Of a stretch of 64,000 nucleotides of DNA, positions 39,801 through 44,814 are shown one piece after another. Origin of the DNA: Gammaproteobacteria bacterium (GTDB lineage Bacteria > Pseudomonadota > Gammaproteobacteria > S012-40). Made by a program: the position numbers and the translations under genes. The stretch lies in NCBI GenBank assembly GCA_029883265.1, contig JAOUJM010000001.1, forward strand, positions 10,511 through 74,510, given 5' to 3'. Numbering within the stretch: the first letter of the stretch is position 1; each line of letters begins with the position of its first letter. The notes under the pieces were generated by a model. The model ran no database searches. It was not told the origin of the DNA and saw only the letters and a program-made list of their open reading frames with translations.

Positions 39801-41001
39801 CACCAAACTCATTCATGGTGTAGTGTGAAACAAAAATGCTTTTGGAATAACCACGGCTGAAATCGCTCGTGGTGTTATCCTCGATCCATGCGGCAACACC
39901 AGAACCATTTGCACTCATAGCGACATGAGGATTGATCGCTGCGTATTGAGTGGTTTGGGGTAGTGTTTGCAAGGTTCCCGTAGACACAACTCGTTCACCC
40001 GGATAGGTGTAACGTGTCTCATTCCCCAACACATCGCTTACCGTTTGTAACTGACCGGCTGCATTATAGGTAAAAGAAATACTAACCCCATCACCACTGG
40101 TAATGTTACTGATTAAATGGCTCACATCATCCCGATAGGTATAAGTCGTTACATAACGTTGGCCATTAATCGTAGAATTGGTTGTACCGCTAATAGCACT
40201 GATGAGCGAATCGGGTGATAAATCAACAATCACCTGAGTTAAACGATTCAATGCATCATAAGTGTAATGGGTGCGTGCACGGGATTCGACAGCTTGAGTT
40301 TTAGTATCTCGAACCGTACTGGCGATTTTTGTTAAATTTCCTTTAGGGTCATAAACAAGATTAACTGTTTCGACAATACCTTCTGCTTGTAGTAGTTCAA
40401 TTTTTGAAACAAATTGACTGGGCGTGGATCCCCCACCGTAATTATATTTAATTTCATTCTGATCAGAATCAACAACACGACTAACACCCCAAATCGCGCT
40501 ACCATCTGTTGCGGTACCAATTTGCGTATATTCTTCGGTAAAGCTTGAGTTGCCATCCCAAAATGTCCAGTTAGTACCATCAAAAGTTAATATATCATGA
40601 GCGCCATCACCGTCAGTGCTAATGTAATGGTTGTTGGCTTGATCATAAGTAAAGAGTGCTTCAAATCCATCCTTATACGATTTGATCACACTGGAACCAT
40701 CTTGGTTGACCGTTCCCGACAAGCTATGAACACGACGATTTACTCCTAGTCGCCAGTTATCACCATTGTCATCATTTTTCTGACCCAGACTGTTATAAGT
40801 ACGAACCAGATTGAAATCGAGTCCCAAACCAGAGATAAATTCATCCTGGGCTTGCACCACCAAATTACCCGTTTGGGTATTCACATAAACATTGTCGCCA
40901 TTGCGGCCCAATCGAGCTTTGCCTTGGCCGGCATCATTGCCGATGAGATTAAGTGAGGTGTTGTATAAACCCAGTCCTTCACCATTGGTTATCGCAACCA
41001 T
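21847..41001 (-). CDS. Giant YD-repeat (Rhs/teneurin-like) polymorphic toxin of 6384 aa. From the N-terminus it has a unique region, an Asp-box/BNR-like beta-propeller region, a very long YD-repeat region, four LysM-like domains, a hydrophobic Gly/Ala-rich segment and an IRR-encoded linker (VSVQNSAP). The 3'-terminal ~990 nt (21847-22839) lie inside transposon 2 and encode a GxSxG alpha/beta-hydrolase (lipase) tip.
   Basis: Single uninterrupted ORF. Dozens of YxYDxxGR[LV] repeats. LysM-like segments include YIVRSGDTLESIAR, YIVQTGDTLASIAY and YLVVQGDTLETIAG. Lipase elbow is TFTGHSLGGG. AGGGAG Shine-Dalgarno sits 8 nt before the ATG. Confidence 0.9.
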   Translation of the reverse strand: MVAITNGEGLGLYNTSLNLIGNDAGQGKARLGRNGDNVYVNTQTGNLVVQAQDEFISGLGLDFNLVRTYNSLGQKNDDNGDNWRLGVNRRVHSLSGTVNQDGSSVIKSYKDGFEALFTYDQANNHYISTDGDGAHDILTFDGTNWTFWDGNSSFTEEYTQIGTATDGSAIWGVSRVVDSDQNEIKYNYGGGSTPSQFVSKIELLQAEGIVETVNLVYDPKGNLTKIASTVRDTKTQAVESRARTHYTYDALNRLTQVIVDLSPDSLISAISGTTNSTINGQRYVTTYTYRDDVSHLISNITSGDGVSISFTYNAAGQLQTVSDVLGNETRYTYPGERVVSTGTLQTLPQTTQYAAINPHVAMSANGSGVAAWIEDNTTSDFSRGYSKSIFVSHYTMNEFGGSWGEPKSITVGAEPAIGQTTPTVTFYDLKVAIDDAGNAMIAWQENDGAELTSSNYYLMTRFYDAATQTWQSEQQHTIQNMAANYDSKRLFELKTGGTGAFYLMYNQDSPSPEYNDIVLDRFVAGSGWTGAQFINDRLYGTTFNLYPVLDVTESGNASVAWSRGNLVKVTDYIAGVGVQPTQNQFITNTYANIAHDSDTVGNRLMVWYNAGVLGTSYYDAMSDTTTTENIDSVLTSSTYRNKDLKLLNQGEGNWVLFWKDNQEVFSKRFDSATGWSTTTSVATQQSFTSHYLYFDYEVHQDDQGRMALVWREQNGPSTLFVRYSLDGANWTSPSQVAASDSSIYGPYLSVNELGFGLLSWSEIVSGEFVNKSINLDLNKVASAIALPEQLQTTKIVYAGDFYPGWLSNAEHAVATNTVYSTSAQAEESIDVASNTSGQGVAVWIDNDVLADQSIAQSKSLYISRYQQSGTNVNWQAAITLVDGQAMSTRMEAPQVLIDDAGNITVAYYEMNLANTSGNLMVMFYDASTNSWSAPTVKAPVSFPEWKPFQLHQGHNGDVYLVWTEGNTSTNPQPIKADRYVLGSGWIGETYLGGTYNADFNATVLPDGGLEVVWEISRAVRTMRYSVATGWAASQKLSIPGFGVLDGGNNIKLESDGLGNRLMVFVQASSPKINLWYSEGGAAWSTGFVVDTISSTLYNTNINPEIFKLDGDQWLVTWKNGGNLYTRVFDSVNGLSDTKLLGATSRGNSNYFDYRIEQDKQGRIVALWEDGASGAAVVKSRYYVPGRGWSDEVAQDGVGTGNKVLVDLSLDEQGQAFYLWNDWSSVGGGLIENNLSSHTFNFFSPTYQEFTLPPFHTVSASDTWENIAFAIYGDEQLAVSLQEYFASQGVTSLVEGMDLIMPLNFYYVKNETTSTRTMVEDLTRNTQTNYFLDEQNRLHEFYDQNQNRMVYGYDEDGRSSDNITSITDQNGNITRFAYDDQGNRTSMIDSEGVRVDYEYNDVNQIISETRYRVNDPDGADINNTGTGGVGASDAQSSFYIYDAEQHLVFTVSSEGVVNEYVYDTQGRQISQILYKGHIDTSALDPATPISATLLNQAPYNSVVNVGNILQRSDTTYDFRGNISTVTTFDSINPTTGAGVTTTASTTHFVYDAQGILIETIEAQAAATGETRDFITTFTYDGLGRLLASNKPLNHTTTYFYDDVGNQIVRTDANELQTTTVYDSHGYAISQSQQDGQLNPLGTIEYKYDSSGNLRLTIDQTGNYSQNYYDATNRLVATVDKEGGLTETVYDDAGRVIKTIEYSTPVLQSIVNYPYVAGSNFYELSAIKPNSSPSDRINYFIYDDADRLVMQLTPYDNDVTRVAVTQHFYDGSNQLTHSIAYANPFVITGMPNNPRAEYFLDSTTGTYVNEDANNDRRTRFFYNNDGQLVATLDAEGYLTETEYNAAGQVVKTSAYANRSTANLASASLQQLKDAIVRNLAKDQYSYNFYNAKGQLIANHDAEGYLSTFSYDLNGNETESIRYNNKALIISAKGIPADGTYPIMEVRVDGVLVDSIVVDSENFKDYQINALFDQRDTYTIDLTFVNNDLTSRDLQIQSITTGEHQQVVATPDTYSVSVAHGLIQKRLAHVNDKTIVKTYTELNQMETVTNSVDGLVTSYAYDDVGNLIRQTDSYLNALLEFADLDVSLAPENGYTVQSGDTWESIVRSVYHTANANAFVAFAELMGAASPTVGEMLNLPGRFSYTHNQRSSLLRYDIQGRLIGEQLNAQGIAKLDTLINPSESELDLLWEIYGVTHTYNEQGLRTSTKDQNDHRTWFYYDDNGRLRFTAQDVSGTLDESGKVLSNVAEVNELSYNQFGEVKETVAYSTRITNSNTLTGGLVTPSFLDRLSGNTMVDSRTQSSYNLRGAIWRAINGEGQRTEYAYNAFGQISSSVQQQDPTLIPVSQALTGQTSRSDTYVYDRRGLSTSTLKDVSVAGHTGLEIETKRTYDAFGRVIQSTDGNSNITQFGYDRLGRQVQTRNALDVSRSQTYDAFGRVLTMTDAFLNVTTYAYDDATHTLTVTTPELIQTQTITDRNGQTIKIIDGNQSAANSNDGTEYHYDTNGKLVKVVDMLNNTITSEYDKAGRLTHTVDKNGVYSKFEYDAANRVMTRTVDPMTIHTTGDNETGLNIQTQYVFDGLGRKVTTIDANGVHTDTEYDRAGNVLAVVVDAVNGGLNLRTEYTYDAEGRQLTVTEGANSTQARETQYIYDHLGRRTDTIVDPGGLNITTKYYYDAADNMVRKVEGYRRVDVSGLSGSLTLNYAFDDQTLTSSYYVMWSNVTSLATDRILLKENGTTVYDSPADSDFGRYRRGRSGFTYELVLLRNGLELSVATVLPFTPALGAFSETSEVAFATDLSAEDTSHSMRYVYDDVNRLRYSIKNADVLDFEYMELDPIPTGQLAVVVESVYNDRGDKVKTIQYALPISTTTLDDHSTEADILSLVSASADLAKDIVDYSVFDDDGRLTVTVNAVGNYTVYEYDDNGNVIRQSRLANSVSTTDLATINSTNTELLAQTILQKRPDVIANDQGDHFAYDKLNRLRYSVDAMGYVNEKRYDASGQVILSMRYASKETTFADYKEATIRGNLAGNSSTDQINHYFYDNAGRKIYSIDALGYVNQTSYDALGQAIVASRFYQALTINSYQDSTPTAAEWNTYLETRINTLNRQVVDVTETTPLVTATSGKDRVSFQQYDAAGRVSFSVDAEGYVTGREYTGDLLSRVTQYANQLQVVNDTTAEGFPESGVATLATQRFDVRNEGDIQLLVSGTNLLYRNSDTTSGDRSTRYVYDDAGRLYQEILENVSYTTHSTDENGDLVTEYGYDAFGNTTSIVKRLNISGDELQRTTQEFSQRGLLTRRTVYLEAASVVANLDTAHPQTQMAYSSEFGYDAFGNQTKIIDPRGIELTETDSDWADNERKLILGLTATTNLSYIQLTQDQKDTLLNYYSTYQTFDQLNRKTASVIKEGAGSTVNIFELKKTDYDAFGNITKITEPYDTISYFYYDKLDRNTLVVDPERYVTTKAYDGMGNLTGTMQYATAIAAAHTVDDNTTESQILETFLEINTDKDQKTLLNYDQLNRKTELTNAESVKEKYDYDAFGNQIGKLLGHQPITNVLDPDYQRSLGYQYHYNYDRKGNLTSEYLPIANKGGISDRESIEVGMDGRFLLPFIDFETTGFERQTNEFSYDAFGNRRISREAAGMEEERSRSYTYNKLNLLVKTENHRIKLSAGDSVGITTTIEQKYNVVGNLVREIDANLNITQHYYDNLGRRIATHDAEGFLKTFAYDSVSNIIEERKYRDTATFADSIYKFTVSNVYMQLTHRYDAFNQIVETKLPAEHRYEKDRMVPIGDPGDDQFIKEENYVSETVIRKYYDHKGRLVREVDGNENSIFHYYDKKGNKRVTVDALRYATQWNYDAFNNAIREEKASIRLRDVVDENTSLLEVLEKFETNGYEDRIVQVNLEEGYFYPYFWQVGDGMPSVMYVKINLPTLKQGDYYVIRAARADGTYHTTFPTTTILTKGTIPLRSYNTGEIKEFVITLISNSDSFEIARVDTNLMLGSQGWHSGYSAFDVNRLKISDVDYVGGVWSASLLREGETTATPVDVMVNENGEAFFDVGNISGRATVSYILQDNDRVIKSGSINLSNVNVATNGGYNFVIESVDLRDNQYSDSRIKNYSFDKLNRLKTDSLENFQTYSFSNGNMQSGVLEDSVTAYVYDVMGNITTIVDAESNTTNYSFDVLGRLLTKKSGLKSTKNIYDAHGNVIEARNIASEKDSESRNIPLNGAPSLANLDQIQKFSYGVDGRLLEDWDANFNANVSEEYGANNKYTYDAVGNVRTQSLNRHDADGNLFTDIAEYIYDRLNRNIVSGKRTEKNSSVYAYFENKYTEYNGYEKAAFQGAYERNTLQLSRPEANKARQVFFEYDSNGNLIKTNSDGVVKEYAYDRNGNATKEILPSITDNNAPSVYRSSVYNERNELVHIYEPSHTQSISQTLYQTLSDRKVDIEVTPYGGLHLRVHDAVGKDWAETWWDAVDPNVDSIKNSYGEGSLVLEFNPNNEEEKIITYGSGGKDAHYRTPKGHDIGSRTYSATIKKNGYTIASVSGSFRDVDGQNNYVAVDQYYGRDIILKNVPKSLGTLTVEIRRVGETEWVTVEHFDTPSGFNPSWQTWNFGDAGLEGQFELKYEYHYDNEATNPDLTPHTGKVILNLSNNPSVEPGSHLRLDGNAFSSDDGDNSIEARVTSFPFMDSSLSWYYIRDVYLENVDPAQGTLSATIRQSGGETYKEIIFRTITDSTRQRYSVPRSYSGDYVINYTYKPNDPNAKVLQGQLSIDLTGEASLYSHRRVNSSDNSDPDQFVQIHKSHYYNAFGEIVQEKDGKDIYTYFEYDKMGNLIRKSNPRKDPIRNSYYSRLQTIQDANAIYYYDKLGNVTGITDARNNLKRFSYDQNGLKQEFNPDGGGMTYVYDGFGNVIEKRQKLTADSDRVTKYQFDHNNQITYVTKEKHNVIKYVLGSFGGITEETSNIYDNVEKYEYDENGNRIAHINLVDTSLDLTDPDTNSHDEILHDQGGGRERTYFDALGRVVKHVSYGDKVTRYDYNYLTFNGQEGGFSKTTYSGNLYIVRSGDTLESIARQLLRVSEVANRIGSDNGVVDETLVVGNTLTVYLYGRREKLNYIVQTGDTLASIAYSLLNVEDMSNSIGQANNITDADLKAGLQIIIPHYETRAITDQYDYFNKLVYHRDLGNRSYRYFYDARGQLRYQIGNTDPGASIIATDAAWNNIDTQLHGFTYDYMDLYRYSLNNFMTNHSDYDQVIEFDYNDNGSLKAKVDYGFNGGNDGVRLVSRYGYDNNGNKTYEAVYEEGANADIGKDYQYTIAIYDDYNRVVEINDPFFNITYDYDEMGNRIHVVSKYHGGIDLNAHRGADYREATGDFVQEHWYDYDSMNRFRITQGRLDVGGSGNVEIAENKGYEVLYNLAGERIGVNYIRANTTMIERYGYTKNGILETVEHGKIVDNVEDKNLVSRRLLDALGRTSSSHLYDPDIETVVTTIPPQSVQQYDYSYDLDSRISRIEYRKRVENSEDQFLYLQEQSTIHNDYTYREIDRLDLAEKNVSYQVKSIEEQKNFRNSYFYSYWDSAKKSVGRSDVNSRGFVDGYSHLYYDQNGHLMRMDDSNSPLHGTKYERRVEFTVDADGRIIMRNEIDNTNYDVNRYFYLNGRGIGEVSNRGAGETDYTQILAQSRLSNKEIADNEKRGKNRVISADFDQNYQAISANYPANTASEYLVVQGDTLETIAGKVWGDASLWYVIANANNITNIDLTPGISIIIPNVVTNIHNNADTFKPYSPGEIIGSTDPSMPARNQPSKSEIFWMNVASVVISIAAFIVFGPQGAIIAAGMTSYAIQKYMKNVGYIDEIDEEEIVKSMTIAAIISQIPGLNQTGGGVVKGALQGAGRALISTGLSMAMESTEQRKKYNSQAGNLFANVAVGALVGGVTSSLPSNVGKVDGWGFAGVAGDAIRGALTGVGRIAVNSMTLKDYRPDWRTVAVEALSSAASGYISAEQSTKKFDNKLDELKINDHRQRQAIKKHYTKSIRKGVSGEDAWKSALGELPLFGGIQPGRNLIRNGGKTYNGYGQVSVQNSAPGKIPYRQSSDAVETKPILTFKNGQLVDENGTLYNSQLASAAPIRLDFSGSLDWYENAMVSDDVYQEYTGKEPKKVTEDIYRMGRDFIDVLDMKPENFVDKKSGYQGALYFNYRTSEFIFANRGTDTKLGRHEAVKDAVASIAQGSDFNSTQYEFGINLAIDLQIALGSSPLTFTGHSLGGGIASAQAGRLKSSAVTFNAAGLSDGTIERYGMDRNHLKKNVYAFYTPGEILSTLQASPVVDSVLNQWGTVPKNLLAAVMALNDVSYGRDIGWHRFGPGQMPEAAGTRIAVPAVNEAKQPLPWQSYLDPVDLHDMQYFINAFK

Positions 41002-41185
41002 GAGAGTCTCCCTAGAATCAGTACTTATAATTTATCGTCTACAAGTTATATCCAGGGTTTAATGAAGATGTTCAGTCGGATTGCACAAAAAAATGTTTGT
41101 TTGACTATTCTTTATACGATTTTAATTTTTTAGTCTATTTTTGCCTAGCCATATGAGATGTCATGTCAATTTAAAGCGCTGAAGA
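41002..41185 (-). promoter_or_regulatory. Putative promoter/5' region of the giant gene. It lies inside direct-repeat copy 1 and is identical to the 3' flank of the TPR gene at 46979-47100.
   Basis: AT-rich 184-bp intergenic region. Assignment is by position only. Confidence 0.3.
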
Positions 41186-41518
41186 TCAAGCTTTTTCAAA
41201 AAAACTCATAACGCTCTGAATGATTTTTTCCGGTGTATCAAGATTGTCTCCTGCTGCGAGAATAGTTTTACATAGGAGTACGAGCGGAGAATTTGGCTGC
41301 ATGGCTTCCGCTTTTAGCAATACTTCGCTGGCTTGATTGTCATTGCCTTCAAACAATGCCACCAAAGCCAAACTTGCGAGTGTTTCCGCACTTTGTCCAT
41401 CAAGTATTAATGCTTGCTGCAAGTTGCTTTTTGCTACTGGGATTTGATTACTGGCTATTTGCGCCCAGGCCAATGCAACCAGGTTCGCAGTGTCGTTTGG
41501 CATGAGGTTTGTGGGTTG
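41052..41518. repeat. Direct repeat copy 1 (about 467 bp, ~99% identical to 46979-47438)
   Basis: Aligned by eye. Only about 3 mismatches were seen. Confidence 0.8.
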
Positions 41519-41545
41519 AGCTGAGCTAAAAAACAAGTCGATCAT
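41186..41545 (-). pseudogene. Duplicated 3' fragment of the TPR gene (C-terminal ~107 codons, inside repeat copy 1)
   Basis: The protein is identical, apart from 2 substitutions, to the C-terminus of the 362-aa TPR protein. Upstream sequence diverges at 41518. Confidence 0.7.
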
Positions 41546-41877
41546 CCACCATAGATTATGAGCATAAAGCCCTTGACGAACGTATACTGTACTTGATTTG
41601 TTTTCGAGTAATGCATTGTTTTCAGTTGCAAGCTTGATTAGAAAATCACCTTCATCACCGAGTGTGCCTACTCATACATTTTCGTCTGAGAAAATATTTG
41701 GTAGGTGTAGTAATTGGAATAAGCATTCAACGATGTCTCAATATCGTAGAAGGACAATAAACTCCCATTTTCCACACTCAAGCGCACAACGAATTCTCTG
41801 TCACTACCCGCGCTCATAGTCAGTGAAACTGATAGCCCATAAATTATCTGAGTGCGACTTTAACATTGAAATACTCC

Positions 41878-42183
41878 TTAATGTGAATGACTCACCAAGA
41901 TCAACACTTTCATTTGATCATTGTTCACGGAAATTTCCAAACGATCAAAATTTAATTGTAATGGTGGGGAGTTTTGCACGGTTACATAGCTGTATCCGAC
42001 GTAGGTGGCAATTTCTTCTAACCTGTAGTGCCCACTTAGATAAGCTTGGGGCATGGCTTCACTGCGAGTGCTCGTATTTTTTTCATAGTACGCGATTGGT
42101 TTGGGGGGCGTTTGTCTTTGAGGCTTGGGGATATCTTTCAACGAAAAGATCGGGTTGAATGTTCGATTGCATTTCTTCAACAA
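41878..42183 (-). CDS. Hypothetical 101-aa protein, possible HTH segment
   Basis: ORF only. Flanked by non-coding-looking remnants at 41545-41880. Confidence 0.25.
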   Translation of the reverse strand: MLKKCNRTFNPIFSLKDIPKPQRQTPPKPIAYYEKNTSTRSEAMPQAYLSGHYRLEEIATYVGYSYVTVQNSPPLQLNFDRLEISVNNDQMKVLILVSHSH

Positions 42184-42369
42184 ATTCGCGAAGTGCTTTT
42201 TTAGCTAGTTTTCTGGACGAATGAGCCTTTGACGACGCGCTAACAAACTTATTGATAGTGTATATTTGGATTGCAAGTGCCGGGGCTTCAACTATGACTC
42301 ATTTCCGGACAACTTAAATCAGAAATGGTGTTGCAGCAGGATTTCCCACATTTTCCCTTGCCAACGGTA

Positions 42370-43845
42370 TTAGAAGCTTATCAATACTCCCATCTTCATC
42401 GATGATAGGCTGATTTGTCGTAATTTATGAAAGTGAGTATTTTTCAATTCAAGTTGGGGCAGATGATGCTGGTATCGTATAAAAATATTCATCGCAGATT
42501 GACTAAGGACTGGATACTGAATTCCCATAAGCGCAAACCAAGCGTTATGTATTTTCTCTTGCACTTGCATAGTCCCTTTTTGGGCCAGATAACTTTTTGC
42601 CTGAGAGTCGATTGTATTCCTGTTTAGAGAGTACCCCGAACCAATATTAAAGCCAATTTTGCGAAATGGTCTTATATCAAACATCACATAAAATGGGATG
42701 CTAGTAAATGTGCCACGACTCAACTCGCCTACTTGATTACTGCCCTGCTCATATGCCATACCTATAGTTAATTTTTGATAACCAAATTCCAGTTGCGGGT
42801 CGAAATGATTCTTTCGGTTTTTAGCATATAACGAATAGGCTATGCCAAACTTTGCATTTAGTGTTGAAATATTTCTTCGTTTCGTTATAAAACGGGAAGT
42901 ATGCATGGAAGTATGTGCAGAAATACCCAATAACACAATAGAGTTGCGTGCAGAAAATGTTTGGTCCAGTTTGGCGAGAAATGACAAATTAGGACTGCTT
43001 GTATCATATAAATACTGTGTTTGTTTTCCTTGGCTATCAATTTGCTCATATTGATACTGAACAAAGCCAAACAATCTTTGAGATAGAGGATAAGTGAGTG
43101 TAAAAGTATAGGCAATCATGCTGCCTTTAAGGCTTCCACGTGAAAGTTTTTTCCTTATTAAGTGATCGTCCTCATCCTTCAAGCGAAGTCGTGGTGCCTT
43201 AATCAAATTAAATTCGAAAATGAGTTGACGAAAAATACTTTCTACTGAAACACTCCAGTAAGGAATTTGCAAAAAAGTATTGTAGTGCAACACGGGACCA
43301 GAATGTGTATTAGCTGCGCGTGTGGAATCAGCATAAAATTGGTTTAGGTTACTGGCTACAAAATAGCGTTGACTGCTTCGATAACCTAGCGAAAATTTAT
43401 AAATCGTCTTAACTCCGCTGCTCCAGTGCTGAGTTTGTAAAGTTGAGACTCCTTTAACATTATTGGTTTTTTGGTTTAATACTAAATCACTTATTGAATA
43501 AACATCCGGTGTAGATATATTCCCCGATAACCAATCGCCATCTTTAAGTTGTCCACTTTTCTGTGTCGTACTTCGATTTGAGTTTAATTCGATCGATAAT
43601 CGATTACTTAATGCAGCTGCAATGGAAATTGAAGGGGATATGTTATTAATTGGAAAGTGCAATTCACTTACCGGGAAATGTAATTGAGCGTTTCTTTGCG
43701 CTAATTCCGTTTCCCCCCCAATACGATATTGATTATAGCCTTGGTAGAGACCTATTCCCGGCTGCAAAAAAAGTAGTTTAGCGCCAAAAACGCTTACCGC
43801 GTTCAACGTCAATCCCATGAAGATGATAATATTGCATGTGCGCAT
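42370..43845 (-). CDS. Putative outer-membrane beta-barrel protein (491 aa, signal peptide, C-terminal Phe)
   Basis: N-terminal hydrophobic signal, alternating amphipathic pattern, Y/F/S/N-rich, ends ..GVLISF. Confidence 0.5.
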   Translation of the reverse strand: MRTCNIIIFMGLTLNAVSVFGAKLLFLQPGIGLYQGYNQYRIGGETELAQRNAQLHFPVSELHFPINNISPSISIAAALSNRLSIELNSNRSTTQKSGQLKDGDWLSGNISTPDVYSISDLVLNQKTNNVKGVSTLQTQHWSSGVKTIYKFSLGYRSSQRYFVASNLNQFYADSTRAANTHSGPVLHYNTFLQIPYWSVSVESIFRQLIFEFNLIKAPRLRLKDEDDHLIRKKLSRGSLKGSMIAYTFTLTYPLSQRLFGFVQYQYEQIDSQGKQTQYLYDTSSPNLSFLAKLDQTFSARNSIVLLGISAHTSMHTSRFITKRRNISTLNAKFGIAYSLYAKNRKNHFDPQLEFGYQKLTIGMAYEQGSNQVGELSRGTFTSIPFYVMFDIRPFRKIGFNIGSGYSLNRNTIDSQAKSYLAQKGTMQVQEKIHNAWFALMGIQYPVLSQSAMNIFIRYQHHLPQLELKNTHFHKLRQISLSSMKMGVLISF

Positions 43846-43876
43846 TTTACAATAGCCGCAACCACACGATAAAATA

Positions 43877-44809
43877 CTAAATATCAGTTGTTTCTTGATA
43901 ATTAAGAAGATACGGAGTAATTGTTTGCTCGGTTCGGTTCAATAAATAAAAACCGTGTTGATCGACAAGCGCGCCTCTTAATAAAATTAAATCACCATCG
44001 GTAGAAACAGAATATGATTGTATAACTCCACTGTATTCAAAATTAGCTGGGACAAAATCCAATGAATCGACAGTTGTCGTTTTTGGCTGAACATCCAGAA
44101 TATGAAGATCATTATCGGTGATGCCATATAGTTGATCTAGCAAAGAGTTGTATTGCCGAGGTTTGAAGGAAATGCCTTGTTCCGTATAAAAAGACAACTG
44201 TAGATCCAAAATTACTAAGGAATCAGTTGTTGGATGATAGAGAAAAGCTTCTGCATCCGTTTTCCATACGAAGAATCCGTATTGATCACTACTTTCTACG
44301 ACTGTACCAAAATCGTTGACGATCTTAAAGCTGTTGGCCGTGGAAACTGCGATTAAGCTACCATCGGGTGAAGTGTCTAAATTAATAGGTGGTTCTTCCA
44401 GGAGCATTCGAGTTATCTCTACTCCTGAGGCATCGTAAGCAATCAGTCCGTATTCTTGAGTTAGGCGATTTTCCGTGACAAAGAAGGTTGTATTATTTGT
44501 TAAACGAGCTGCGTATAGTTCTGCAATCGAATCTGCTTTGTGATCGTTCAGTTGCATAATTTTCACAGGAGTTTGAATCGATGTTGCTGCTGTAAACACG
44601 GTTTTAGTGTTACTCACCTGGTTATGGGAAGACTGAGGCCCCCAGGTTTTTTGAAGATCCTCGAGAAACAGAACACTGTTATCTGTATCAAAACTCGCGG
44701 CAAAGTAAGAAATGTGTCTTGTTTCCGTTTCTGTCTCGTTTGGCAACAGATCACATCCTAATAAAGTCACGGCAATGTAAGCCGTGACAAATCTAAACAA
44801 TATTTTCAT
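43877..44809 (-). CDS. Lipoprotein (310 aa; lipobox TLLGC), beta-propeller-like
   Basis: MKILFRFVTAYIAVTLLGCD.. Same operon as the beta-barrel gene. Confidence 0.5.
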   Translation of the reverse strand: MKILFRFVTAYIAVTLLGCDLLPNETETETRHISYFAASFDTDNSVLFLEDLQKTWGPQSSHNQVSNTKTVFTAATSIQTPVKIMQLNDHKADSIAELYAARLTNNTTFFVTENRLTQEYGLIAYDASGVEITRMLLEEPPINLDTSPDGSLIAVSTANSFKIVNDFGTVVESSDQYGFFVWKTDAEAFLYHPTTDSLVILDLQLSFYTEQGISFKPRQYNSLLDQLYGITDNDLHILDVQPKTTTVDSLDFVPANFEYSGVIQSYSVSTDGDLILLRGALVDQHGFYLLNRTEQTITPYLLNYQETTDI

Positions 44810-44814
44810 AAACC

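Noticed and set aside
21871-40583. Many 60-140-aa plus-strand and minus-strand ORFs inside 21847-41001
   Set aside because: They are embedded within the continuous 6384-aa ORF and are low-complexity, antisense or out-of-frame artefacts.
41186-41545. The 119-aa ORF as an independent gene
   Set aside because: It is a near-identical duplicate of the last ~107 codons of the 362-aa TPR gene and lies inside the direct repeat, so it is a gene fragment.
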